Source: Anaerolineae bacterium (lineage in GTDB: Bacteria > Chloroflexota > Anaerolineae > UBA1429). Taken from it: a stretch of 49,322 nt of DNA. Where the stretch lies: positions 1-49,322 of the forward strand of contig JAGGYI010000118.1 in assembly GCA_021162655.1 (NCBI GenBank). Reading direction: 5' to 3'. The notes under the pieces are model-generated. The model was not told the origin of the DNA, searched no databases, and was given only the letters and a program-made list of their open reading frames with translations. Shown one piece after another: positions 32,960 through 41,988 of the stretch (positions are counted from its first letter, which is position 1; each line of letters starts with the position of its first letter). The position numbers and the translations under genes are program-made.

Positions 32960-34198
32960 GTGTGCTGTTTCGTTCAAAGAGCTCTGGTGTTCATCGCGAT
33001 ATTTCTCTTGCTTTGTGGGGGGACAGTCAATGCAGAGGAGCCCATGCATCGTGCTGGGCTTATAGTGGTGTTTGGAGAGGGCCGCGTTTTTCAAGCCTGT
33101 GTAACCTTTTCGGAAGAGGAAATATCGGGAGTTGAGCTTCTCCGCCGGGCTGGATTGCACGTTATTACTGAGGCTTCAGTCATTGGCGAAGCAGTGTGCA
33201 AGATCGAGGATACGGGTTGTGAGTTCCCGGCTGAACAGTGTTTTTGCCAGTGCTTAGGCTCCCCTTGCATTTATTGGAGTTATTGGTATTGGCAAGGGGA
33301 TGGGTGGGTCTATTCGGGTAGAGGGGCTGGTAATAGAGTATTGCATGATGGTGATGTCGACGCCTGGGTGTGGGGAGATGGGCAGACCCCGCCCCCTCTG
33401 TGGACTTTTCAGGGCCTCTGTGGTCCTTCTGCAACGCCTTCACCGATTCCTTCTCGAACTCCCACTTGGACTCGCTCTCCAACCAGCACACCTGTTCCCT
33501 CTTTGACGCCTTCTGCGACTCCTACAAGGACTTTGACCCCTACGCCTCACCCTACGGCGATCCCTTCAAACACTCTTGCGTCTGCTACAGAGCGCGATCG
33601 GCGGGCAACCCCTACTCCGTCCCCGACAGTGACACCTACTTTTACTCCTTCTGCAACTCCGACGTATACCCCACAACCTACGGAAAAACCCTCTATTCTT
33701 CCTACGACACCTCCTCTATTACCGTCACCCTCGCCGCTGCTGGTGGTTAAAACTACTGCTTATCCCTTACCTACCAAGGAGCCATCACCACAGGTTTCTC
33801 CTGTTTTTAAAAAAGAGACGTTCCCCGATGAGCCGACACAGGCTGCGTTTCCCCAAAATGCTGCAACGCCTTTAGTGGTTGCCACCGCTAGCCCTGTTCC
33901 TTCACCAATGGAGCTTTCTCGGGCTGGAAACCCTGGCCAAGTGGGTCGTGGGTATTCTTCAGAGACTTTGGGGCGCGCTTCTCCCACTGTTGACCGGATC
34001 GCCCTGTTGATCGCTACTTCTGCCGCGACTTCTGGCGGTGTGTTTACAGGTCCCTCTTCTGAGAAAAAAGGAGGGGACTATCGATCTTTCTTCTTTATTG
34101 TGGGAGGGCTGGCTTGTTGTATTGTCTACGTCCTTTTGCTGCGCCAGCAACAAAGAAAGCGGCATTTTGCTACTGAGGAGGAGAAAGAGAATCTCTAA
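32960..34198 (+). CDS. Surface-anchored paralog: DUF4430-like domain + ~200-aa Pro/Thr/Ser-rich stalk + C-terminal TM anchor
   Basis: Signal-like ALVFIAIFLLLCGGTVNA. The domain ends YWSYWYWQGDGWVYSGRGAGNRVLHDGDVDAWVWG and is paralogous to the preceding gene. The PT-rich region is nt ~33422-33978. The TM segment FFFIVGGLACCIVYVLLL (34085-34141) is followed by RQQQRKRH. The start is probably GTG 32960 (GGGAGGA upstream); the ORF track starts at TTG 32942. Confidence 0.6.
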   Translation: MCCFVQRALVFIAIFLLLCGGTVNAEEPMHRAGLIVVFGEGRVFQACVTFSEEEISGVELLRRAGLHVITEASVIGEAVCKIEDTGCEFPAEQCFCQCLGSPCIYWSYWYWQGDGWVYSGRGAGNRVLHDGDVDAWVWGDGQTPPPLWTFQGLCGPSATPSPIPSRTPTWTRSPTSTPVPSLTPSATPTRTLTPTPHPTAIPSNTLASATERDRRATPTPSPTVTPTFTPSATPTYTPQPTEKPSILPTTPPLLPSPSPLLVVKTTAYPLPTKEPSPQVSPVFKKETFPDEPTQAAFPQNAATPLVVATASPVPSPMELSRAGNPGQVGRGYSSETLGRASPTVDRIALLIATSAATSGGVFTGPSSEKKGGDYRSFFFIVGGLACCIVYVLLLRQQQRKRHFATEEEKENL

Positions 34199-35016
34199 CT
34201 TTGCCCCAGGTATTGATAAAGTTGTTTACTAAGGGCAAGTGTCTCGCTGACGCAGTCCACATAGCCGCTTGTCATCCAAAGCCCAGGGGTAAATTCAAGG
34301 CAGATCGTTCCTTCATAACCTCTTTCTTGGAGATCGCGAACAATCTTTTGGAAGTCGATCTGGCCTTCGTTGGTGGGGCAGCAGAGATTCCCAGGTTTAG
34401 CTTGGCGGGCATGCCAATGCGTCCCGTACGGATGCATAATGGCTATTTGCTCATAGGGTAGGGCATGAAAGATGAAATGTGAATGGTCGATGGTTAGTGT
34501 TAACCCAGGGACTTCCTGGACCATTTGAACGGCTAGCTGGGGAGTCCAAGTGACACTTTCAACGTGGGGCTCAATACGAATGAGGAGCCCTCTTTTCTTT
34601 CCCTCTTGAACGGCCCACCGCAACTCTTCAGCGGCTCGGGAAAAGTCCTCCTCAGGAGTATGCCCTGGCCAATAGCGCCCTGGGGTTAACGTAACCCCTT
34701 GGAGGCCCACTTTTTCTGCGATGGTGAACCACTTTTCTAGGTGCGCGCGCGAGAGTTTCCGCATCTCTGGATCGGGATGATTTGGAGGGTAGGGGAGCTG
34801 GGGAAAAAGATCGATGAAAGTGATGCCTGTTTGTTCCTTGATTTTCGCCAAGTGAGCCACGGTTTCTCTGGAGTTCTCTGCTCCCTTGACGGGGTCCAAG
34901 TCTGGCGCGTTGCCGATATCCATGCGTTCAAAGCCGAGCGCGCGGATAATTTGAGCTGCTTGGAGTGTCGTGGTGTGTGCAAAAGTCCATTTATGGCACC
35001 CCAAAGTGATGGACAT
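34195..35016 (-). CDS. Sugar phosphate isomerase/epimerase (xylose-isomerase-like TIM barrel)
   Basis: 273 aa. It follows the AP-endonuclease-2/xylose-isomerase-like TIM-barrel pattern (IRIEPH, TIDHSH). It is paired with a Gfo/Idh/MocA gene 20 nt upstream. Confidence 0.8.
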   Translation of the reverse strand: MSITLGCHKWTFAHTTTLQAAQIIRALGFERMDIGNAPDLDPVKGAENSRETVAHLAKIKEQTGITFIDLFPQLPYPPNHPDPEMRKLSRAHLEKWFTIAEKVGLQGVTLTPGRYWPGHTPEEDFSRAAEELRWAVQEGKKRGLLIRIEPHVESVTWTPQLAVQMVQEVPGLTLTIDHSHFIFHALPYEQIAIMHPYGTHWHARQAKPGNLCCPTNEGQIDFQKIVRDLQERGYEGTICLEFTPGLWMTSGYVDCVSETLALSKQLYQYLGQS

Positions 35017-35035
35017 GGTGAAAACCTCCTTTTTA

Positions 35036-36091
35036 TCATTTTATCGCCACTGGATGACCCAACCTTGCAGATTGGTAGGCGGCGTCAAGGATTTTGACTT
35101 CATTCACAGCAATCTGAGCCCCAACGAGGAGCTTTTCTTCACCCAAAATGGCACGGACAAAGTTGCGAGGAACTTGGTCTCTGAGAGGAAAGGGAGGGTT
35201 CTCAGCGAGATTGAACTTGCGAGGCTCTTTTTCCCCTGCCAGTAGCACAAAGGCTGAACGGCCAAGGACGTCGAGATGAAGGAGTCCCCTTTCTCCCTGA
35301 ATGTGGACATGCATTTGAAAAACACCAGCAGGTAGGAGACCATTTGCGGCCATGCTAGCTAGAGCACCTTCTTGGAAGCGGACAGAGAAGGTATCGACGA
35401 CGTCTAATGGAGTGTCGAGGTTATCCATATGAGCAAATACCTCTGCGGGTGTGAGCTGGGTGAGCCAGAGAACGGCACCAACAAGGTGAGATGCTTGCGT
35501 ATGTCCCTCTCCTCCACCAGCGATGGAAGGATCAGAATAGGAAGTGGCGTTTGGGAGAGGTTCTTCTCGGCCGGAGGCTTTGAAAGCATTTTCGACCTGG
35601 CCTTTGTATAGCTCGTAGACGCGCTGTGAGAAAAGAGCCGAGATGAGGAAAAGTTTCCCAAGGGAGCCATCGCGCAAGTATCGCGCAGCCTCTTGTAGGG
35701 CAGGATGGAAAAGAAGGGGATGGCAAACCCCTAGCAGTTTCCCTTTTGCCTTGGCCAGCTCGGCTAGTTCCTCAGCCTGGGAGCTTTGAAGGACGAAAGG
35801 TTTTTCCATGAGGACGTGTAGACCGTGTTCGAGCGCATAGCGAGCTTGTTCATAGTGGACGTTGGGGGTTGTGGCGATGATGACCCCATCTAGATTGCAT
35901 TCGTCAATCAATTGCCGATAGTCAGTGTAGTAACGAGATACATGATATTGTTCGGCTCTCTGCTTTGCTTTGTCCTCTGTGCGGCTATAAACTGCCACAA
36001 TCTCTGCCTTGGGGTCCTTTGAAAGAGGCTCTAAATGTCCCACCGTGCCCCACCAACCTACGCCAATGATTCCTATCCGTGCTTTACGCAT
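35036..36091 (-). CDS. Gfo/Idh/MocA family oxidoreductase
   Basis: RIGIIGVGWWG Rossmann motif and VLMEKPF (EKP motif). Confidence 0.85.
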   Translation of the reverse strand: MRKARIGIIGVGWWGTVGHLEPLSKDPKAEIVAVYSRTEDKAKQRAEQYHVSRYYTDYRQLIDECNLDGVIIATTPNVHYEQARYALEHGLHVLMEKPFVLQSSQAEELAELAKAKGKLLGVCHPLLFHPALQEAARYLRDGSLGKLFLISALFSQRVYELYKGQVENAFKASGREEPLPNATSYSDPSIAGGGEGHTQASHLVGAVLWLTQLTPAEVFAHMDNLDTPLDVVDTFSVRFQEGALASMAANGLLPAGVFQMHVHIQGERGLLHLDVLGRSAFVLLAGEKEPRKFNLAENPPFPLRDQVPRNFVRAILGEEKLLVGAQIAVNEVKILDAAYQSARLGHPVAIK

Positions 36092-36113
36092 TGTTATTCT
36101 CCTCTGAATGGAT

Positions 36114-37502
36114 TCAGTTCCAGATGTTCTTTAGAGCGTCGAGCTTGGCGTCAGAAAGGTATCCATAACGCGTAACCCACATTCCTGGGACGGGGCTATC
36201 GCGAAGGATGGCGACCATGCGTTTCCATTGTTCCAAGGGTCGGTAGGAATGGGCGGAAACGTAGACCCGTTCTGGATTCTCGACTTGGGCGAGGACTTCA
36301 TCTATTTTGATGCGCCAGGTCTCCTCGCGAGCTGGATGCGGCTCGTTGGGAGCGGGGATGTGATAGTGAGCAAAAGAGCGAGAGGGGATGGAATCGGGAA
36401 TGTCCAGACAGGAGACAAGGGTGTCAAGCAGGAATCGTTCAGGCAGTTGGGGGTTCCATTGGAGAAGAACTTGCCCATACCAGCGGGGCAGGACGGACCA
36501 ATGGAAGGTAAAAAGCTTGGGGCGAAGTACATTACAGATTCGACCGAGTGTTCTATAGTCCATTCCTGAAGAGCGGTTGAGGGGAGGGCACCATCCATTG
36601 GCCCCTAATTCCATTGATTTCGCACCTTCTTCATCCATAACCTGTCGGATTTCTTGATAGAGTTGGGATACCGTTTGCGCCTTGAAACGCCAAAAGTCCA
36701 GCCATCCTGGCCAACTTTGGAACAGTTCCAGAAGCTCTGATGGATGTTCTAGGAGGCGCTGAATTCTTGCTAGGTCCTGGCAAGATAGGTGGTGCAGGGC
36801 TTCCCACGTGTGTTGCAGGCTGTGTAGGATTTGGGGCCAGTTGTATCCCCACTCTTGAGCTTGCTTTGCGCAGTGAGAACATGTGCAAGAGAAGTGATCG
36901 CGCAGATCGTATGGGGTGAACTCGACCCAGTCTAGAAAAAGCCCATCTGTCTCCGGGTAATGGCGGACGGTGTCACGTATGAGAGCGAGAATATAGTTTT
37001 TCACGGCAGGGTTGTTCAAGCATCCTTGTCTGGCTACCCTACGATGAGGATCTGGGAGAGAGCCGTCAATGTAATGTACCTGATCTTCTGCCTTGAGGCC
37101 AGGTATGGTAGTAGGGGAGATTTGAATGTAAGCTCGCATTTTGCGTGCATGGGCTTCGGCAAGAACTTTGTGGGGGAGTTCCCGATCTAATTCGGGAGGC
37201 ACTGGAGCGCTGTTGGGGTGGTAGGGGGTGTGGGCGAAAAGTTCAAGATCGGGTTCGTGGGCAAGGTACCCACGAAGCCAAAGTTCCCGTTTGCCCCATA
37301 GAGGGCGGTCGAGCAGCCGCTCGTAGCCATCTATGTCCAATGGTGGCATCCGTCGCCCGTTTCCTTCGGCAACGGGTTGCACTAGGCTTAAGCCTGTACA
37401 GATAGCTCTCCCACCGGCGTTTTGGATGTTATCAAGAACCTGGTGGATCCCTTCATATTGAACGGCTGCCAAAGTAAACTGGATTCCCAGGAATTTAGAC
37501 AT
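36114..37502 (-). CDS. Hypothetical protein (possibly a glycoside-hydrolase-like TIM barrel; contains a CxCxxC motif)
   Basis: 462-aa ORF, tightly packed in the operon (8-nt overlap with the upstream gene). It contains DHFSCTCSHCAKQ. I have no confident family recognition. Confidence 0.4.
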   Translation of the reverse strand: MSKFLGIQFTLAAVQYEGIHQVLDNIQNAGGRAICTGLSLVQPVAEGNGRRMPPLDIDGYERLLDRPLWGKRELWLRGYLAHEPDLELFAHTPYHPNSAPVPPELDRELPHKVLAEAHARKMRAYIQISPTTIPGLKAEDQVHYIDGSLPDPHRRVARQGCLNNPAVKNYILALIRDTVRHYPETDGLFLDWVEFTPYDLRDHFSCTCSHCAKQAQEWGYNWPQILHSLQHTWEALHHLSCQDLARIQRLLEHPSELLELFQSWPGWLDFWRFKAQTVSQLYQEIRQVMDEEGAKSMELGANGWCPPLNRSSGMDYRTLGRICNVLRPKLFTFHWSVLPRWYGQVLLQWNPQLPERFLLDTLVSCLDIPDSIPSRSFAHYHIPAPNEPHPAREETWRIKIDEVLAQVENPERVYVSAHSYRPLEQWKRMVAILRDSPVPGMWVTRYGYLSDAKLDALKNIWN

Positions 37503-38523
37503 GATACCTCTTCTCCGTCCTTTGGGCTTTTTGCAGAGCCTCTTTGTAAAGCTGGATGATATGCTCCATGGTTTGGTTTACTAGAGGATCGATGACCTGG
37601 CGGGAGGGATCCTGATCGTGCCAGGCAATGGAACGGGCGATCCCTTCGGCAAATTTTACCTTTGGACGGAACTCTGGGACAAGGCGTTTGATTTTCGAGT
37701 TGTCAAAAACGACGCTGTAGGCTTTGTCTCCGAGGAGGCTTGCTCCCCATTCGGGATTTACCGCAGCGATGAATTCAGAGGGGATGTGGATGATCTCTGC
37801 TTGGCAGCCAGCTGCTTTGGCGATTGTGCGGTAGATTTGGTCCCAAGTGAGGACTTCGTCACTGGTGATGTGAAAAGCTTCGCCAATGGCCTGATCTTGA
37901 CCAAAAAGGCCGACAAACCCTACGGCAAAGTCAGCGTTGAAGGTCATAACCCAAAGAGATTGCCCGTCGCCGTGAGAAATGATGGGGAGCCCTTGCCGCA
38001 TGCGACCAACGACGGTATAGCCATGGCCACCTACACTACAGGGGATCCATGTGGGGCCGTAGGTGTAGGATGGTCGGACAATGGTGATAGGGAAACCCTT
38101 TTCACGATATGCCTGGACGAGCTTTTCCTCGCAGGCGATCTTGTCGCGCGAGTATTTCCAAAAAGGGTTTCGAAGAGGAGTGGATTCGGTGATAATAAAA
38201 TGATTTGGGGGCTTTTGGTAGACGCTTGCTGAACTGATAAAGAGATATTGCCCGATTTTGCCAGAGAAGGCCATGATGTCTTTGGCGATTTGCTCGGGTG
38301 TGAACCCAACGAAATTCGCCACTACATCATAGTATGTTGATTCCGCAACTTGTTTGAGGAGCTCTGGGTCATTGCGGTCCCCTTTGATTAGGTTGACTTG
38401 GCCCTCAAAGCTCAGGGAGCGCGAGCCCCTGTTTAAAAGACTTGTTTCGTAGCCCTTTTCTAGGGCCAATTGCACGCAGGCGGAGCTGATATTCCCTGTG
38501 CCCCCGATAAAAAGGACCTTCAT
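37495..38523 (-). CDS. NAD-dependent epimerase/dehydratase (extended SDR)
   Basis: MKVLFIGGTGNISS Rossmann motif and a YSRDK (YxxxK) catalytic motif. Confidence 0.8.
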   Translation of the reverse strand: MKVLFIGGTGNISSACVQLALEKGYETSLLNRGSRSLSFEGQVNLIKGDRNDPELLKQVAESTYYDVVANFVGFTPEQIAKDIMAFSGKIGQYLFISSASVYQKPPNHFIITESTPLRNPFWKYSRDKIACEEKLVQAYREKGFPITIVRPSYTYGPTWIPCSVGGHGYTVVGRMRQGLPIISHGDGQSLWVMTFNADFAVGFVGLFGQDQAIGEAFHITSDEVLTWDQIYRTIAKAAGCQAEIIHIPSEFIAAVNPEWGASLLGDKAYSVVFDNSKIKRLVPEFRPKVKFAEGIARSIAWHDQDPSRQVIDPLVNQTMEHIIQLYKEALQKAQRTEKRYHV

Positions 38524-38653
38524 CGTTCATTCCTCCCGGCTTTTGCAGCGATGATACCATAGGTTCAGCGGAGCTTACAATCTGTTCTTTTTCTTGACCC
38601 GCGTAGGGATTGATTCTAGAATGCGCGGTAAGTACTTTGAGAGAGGAGGGGAA

Positions 38654-40018
38654 ATGTCTCGGCAGCGTCTAAATGTCATTTTTATCATTTTGGACTCTTT
38701 TCGCCAGGATCACGTAAGCTTTTACAACTCTCAATCTCCTTGTGAGACTCCCAACATCGATGCTCTTGCAAAAGAAAGTGTTGCCTTTGACAATTGCTAT
38801 CCGGAGGGTCTGCCGACGATTCCTGTGCGCACTGCTTGGTTGACGGGCGACCGTACGTTGGTACATAGGCCTTGGCAGCCTCTAACTCCAGAAGATCGTT
38901 CAGTTGCAGAACTCTTGCGAGAAGAAGGGTACCTGACCGCTTGTTTTACGGATTGTTATCACTACTTTAAGCCTGGAATGAACCTACATCGTGGTTTCCG
39001 TGTTTGGGATTGGATACGAGGCCAGGAATATGATGCGTACCGTTCCGCGCCTTTGCGCCGTTTAAACCTTGATGACTATTGTAAGGATACTTTTTCACCT
39101 CAGTGGCGGCGCACCGTTGAAACGGCTCTCAAGAATGTAGAAGAGTTTGAGACGGCTGAAGATCATTATTGTGCCCGACTGATGAGAAGGGCCAGCGAAT
39201 GGCTGGAGGCGAACATCTCCCAGCAGCCCGTTTTCCTTTGGGTAGACTCTTTTGACCCTCACGAGCCGTGGACGCCTCCCAAAGAGTTTGATAAATATAC
39301 AGACCCCAATTATACGGGAAAGAAATGTATCCTTCCCCCTGGGGGGCCGGCTTCCAAGCATTTTACTGAAGAGGAGATTGCCTACATCCGTGGGCTGTAC
39401 GCTGGTGAGTGCGCGTACGTGGATTACTATGTAGGACAGTTTCTGAATAAAGTAAAAGAGCTTGGCCTGTACGAAAACTCTCTCATCATTCTTGCCGCCG
39501 ACCATGGGCACCCTCTAGCAGATCATGGCAAGTTTCTCAAAGGGGGTGACCGACTGTATAGTGAGCTTCTCAAGGTGCCTTTCCTTATCCGGTTCCCTGG
39601 AGGGCAGTACGGAGGGCAGCGGCTGGATGCGTTGGCCGCCTTCCACGATGTGTTGCCCACCTTGCTTGATGCCATCGGGCTAGGGAATAACTTGGAGGCC
39701 CTCCCCGGCAAAAGTTTGATGCCCCTGATTCGGGGGGAGGTCGAAGAGATCCGCCAAGCGATTATCACAGGGTATTTCGCTGCGCCCGATCGTTGTATTC
39801 GCGACAAGGTATGGAGTTACATTCGTCGGCCTGAAGGACAGCCCGATGAGCTTTACAATCTTATTGAAGATCCAAAAGAGACGGTTAATTTGATCGATGA
39901 ATATCCTGAGGAAGCTCAACGCCTTGCTTCTATGTTTGGGGCGCTTTACAAGATGAGAGGAGCCCCTGTTAAGGGGATCCAGGGCAGGTATGAGATAGCC
40001 CACACCGGGGTAGAGTAA
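38654..40018 (+). CDS. Sulfatase-like alkaline-phosphatase-superfamily enzyme with Thr in place of the formylglycine Cys/Ser
   Basis: NVIFIILDSFRQDH, TPNIDALAKESVAFDNCY and LAADHGHPL are sulfatase-family motifs. The (C/S)xPxR site reads T-I-P-V-R (38816-38830). There is no signal peptide. The start was chosen at ATG 38654 (GAGAGGAGGG upstream). Confidence 0.75.
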   Translation: MSRQRLNVIFIILDSFRQDHVSFYNSQSPCETPNIDALAKESVAFDNCYPEGLPTIPVRTAWLTGDRTLVHRPWQPLTPEDRSVAELLREEGYLTACFTDCYHYFKPGMNLHRGFRVWDWIRGQEYDAYRSAPLRRLNLDDYCKDTFSPQWRRTVETALKNVEEFETAEDHYCARLMRRASEWLEANISQQPVFLWVDSFDPHEPWTPPKEFDKYTDPNYTGKKCILPPGGPASKHFTEEEIAYIRGLYAGECAYVDYYVGQFLNKVKELGLYENSLIILAADHGHPLADHGKFLKGGDRLYSELLKVPFLIRFPGGQYGGQRLDALAAFHDVLPTLLDAIGLGNNLEALPGKSLMPLIRGEVEEIRQAIITGYFAAPDRCIRDKVWSYIRRPEGQPDELYNLIEDPKETVNLIDEYPEEAQRLASMFGALYKMRGAPVKGIQGRYEIAHTGVE

Positions 40019-40025
40019 AAAGGCT

Positions 40026-40057
40026 ATCGGGGGAGAGAAAAGTCCTCTCTCCCCGAT
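40026..40057. terminator. Hairpin between convergent genes (terminator candidate, better U-tract on the minus strand)
   Basis: ATCGGGGGAGAGA-aaagtcc-TCTCTCCCCGAT (12 bp with one bulged G), with an AAAAA tract on the plus-strand 5' side. Confidence 0.5.
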
Positions 40058-40090
40058 GGTATTATATCCTTGTAGTTTCCCAGGCAAAGG

Positions 40091-40849
40091 TCATCCTGCA
40101 AGAGAACGAACGTATGCCAGAGCCGCTCTCGATTCTTGGCTAAGGTCTCTCCAACGACATTCGATAGAGACCATGCCTTGATAGTCGATCTCATGGAGGA
40201 TTTCAAAAAGTTCTTTGAGAGGGTATGTTCCACTTCCTGGGTAGTACCTGCCGCTATCTGCTAGGTGCACATGGGCGAGCCATTCGGGTGCTTGTCGAAT
40301 GTGCTCCAAGGGTTCTTCTTCCATGACAAAGTGATAGATGTCTGCCAAGACTCGAATAGGCTTGCGATTGACCTGCCGGGCCATTTCCACGGCCTCAGCA
40401 TAGGTATTGAGGATGTTTGTCTCCTGTTGATTGAGAGGCTCGATAGCGATAATGATGGCATTTTTCTCCGCATAATTGGCACAGAGGGTCAGAAAGCGCT
40501 TAATTTGATTCCAAGCTTCCTCTTTTGAGAAACCTTCGGGGACCCGCCGTGCTCCTCCACTTCCGAAGACAATGACCTGCCCGCCTACCATTTTGGCTCT
40601 AGAAAGGGCGCGCTGCACGTAAAGTTCCACTTGCTCCCAATGGACATTTGGCCCTACGAGTTTGAGTTCTTTGGGGACGAAAATATTAAAAGCCCTTACG
40701 GGAGGACGCAGAGCTTGTAGAGGTTCTGGGGAAAAGTCTTCTTTTAGAGGTACGAGGTCGGAAGAAACTCCCAATTCCAGATAGTCGTACCCAGGGGCAA
40801 GGTCTGGAACTCGCTTTGGGGAAAGGCAGATTCCAACAGGGATGGACAT
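40091..40849 (-). CDS. Sugar phosphate isomerase/epimerase (xylose-isomerase-like TIM barrel)
   Basis: 252 aa with a TIM-barrel pattern (IIAIEPLN, HVHLAD). It is paired with the Gfo/Idh/MocA gene 15 nt upstream. Confidence 0.8.
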   Translation of the reverse strand: MSIPVGICLSPKRVPDLAPGYDYLELGVSSDLVPLKEDFSPEPLQALRPPVRAFNIFVPKELKLVGPNVHWEQVELYVQRALSRAKMVGGQVIVFGSGGARRVPEGFSKEEAWNQIKRFLTLCANYAEKNAIIIAIEPLNQQETNILNTYAEAVEMARQVNRKPIRVLADIYHFVMEEEPLEHIRQAPEWLAHVHLADSGRYYPGSGTYPLKELFEILHEIDYQGMVSIECRWRDLSQESRAALAYVRSLAG

Positions 40850-40864
40850 GGGTTTTTCCTCCTT

Positions 40865-41932
40865 TTAGTAGGTGGTAATCCACTCGTTCTCTTGGCCCTG
40901 GCAAAGCCGATCATATATTTGCATAATGTGTAGCATATCGACAAGGTTTCCATGTTTGGGAGGCTCACCTGCCAAGATACTCTCGGCAAAATAGCGGATG
41001 CAATTGGCGTACCCTTGGAGGAAAAGTTGTTTGTTATAAAGTTTACCCAGAGAAAACTCGGGCTCCCAAAAGATGGGCGCATGTTGTTCGGGCCCGATGT
41101 AAGAGATCTCTCGGTCTTTACCCCTTGTTCCTCCTGCGCGGTAGTGGATGAAGCGGATCCCGTTCTCTACGACGATGTTCTCTCCGTTGCCGATGACTTC
41201 TAGACGCTCGAGGGGACTGGTGGCGGATTGCCCACCTGTAAGGTGAAGCGTTCCAACGATCCCGGATCGGTAGCGAATATTCATCACCAACCCTCCCGTG
41301 ATCCGGCTACGCATATAAGTAAAGCCTTCACATTCGCCAAAGAGGCGTACGAGTAGCGAATACGGATGAACGAATTGGAGAAAGGCCGCCATTGCCTTGG
41401 GGTCCTTGCGTTCTTCCTCTGGGGGGAGGGAAAGCGGGTAGCGATAGGAGAAGGTTGAAACCTCAAAATCGGCGTTTTCGATGAGCTCTGCAACCTTGAG
41501 ATAAGCGGGCATGAACATCTTTTTGAAACCTGTGGTGAGAAACTTGTTCGACATCAAACAGGCATTGGTAAAGTAAGAAACTTCGTCGCCGCTTGCACAA
41601 GGAGGGGCATCGATCCAAACATGAAATCCAGCTTCGAGTGCTGCGACGGCGATCTCTTTATATTGGGGTTTCCCCTCTTTGTCCGGCCCGACAACGATAA
41701 AGATAGCCTCGAGATCTTTTTCTTTCTTTAAAAGAGCTTTGTAGTTGGGATAAAAGCGTTTGGCGCCGAATTGGCGGGCGACTGCCAACCCTCTGGATTT
41801 GTCTGGATCTGCCAGAGCGATGAGATCAACTGGGGCATATTGAAGGCAAGGTAAAATGTTGCAGTAGGCATGCTCGCCCGCTCCAATAAAACCTATACGA
41901 AGTTTCTTCTGATACTCATAATTGAGAAGCAT
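40865..41932 (-). CDS. Gfo/Idh/MocA family oxidoreductase
   Basis: KLRIGFIGAGEHA Rossmann motif. The start was chosen at ATG 41932 (GGAGG 8 nt upstream). The ORF track extends to 41992. Confidence 0.75.
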   Translation of the reverse strand: MLLNYEYQKKLRIGFIGAGEHAYCNILPCLQYAPVDLIALADPDKSRGLAVARQFGAKRFYPNYKALLKKEKDLEAIFIVVGPDKEGKPQYKEIAVAALEAGFHVWIDAPPCASGDEVSYFTNACLMSNKFLTTGFKKMFMPAYLKVAELIENADFEVSTFSYRYPLSLPPEEERKDPKAMAAFLQFVHPYSLLVRLFGECEGFTYMRSRITGGLVMNIRYRSGIVGTLHLTGGQSATSPLERLEVIGNGENIVVENGIRFIHYRAGGTRGKDREISYIGPEQHAPIFWEPEFSLGKLYNKQLFLQGYANCIRYFAESILAGEPPKHGNLVDMLHIMQIYDRLCQGQENEWITTY

Positions 41933-41988
41933 ACGGTGGCCTCCAAGCGTTGCTATTTCGGATTGTTGAACACAGTATGAATGAAAAC

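Noticed and set aside
33422-33978. Repetitive-looking DNA (ACNCCN/CCNTCN runs), considered as a tandem repeat or array
   Set aside because: It is the coding sequence of a Pro/Thr/Ser-rich linker. There is no fixed repeat unit or spacer periodicity, so it is not a CRISPR array or a VNTR.
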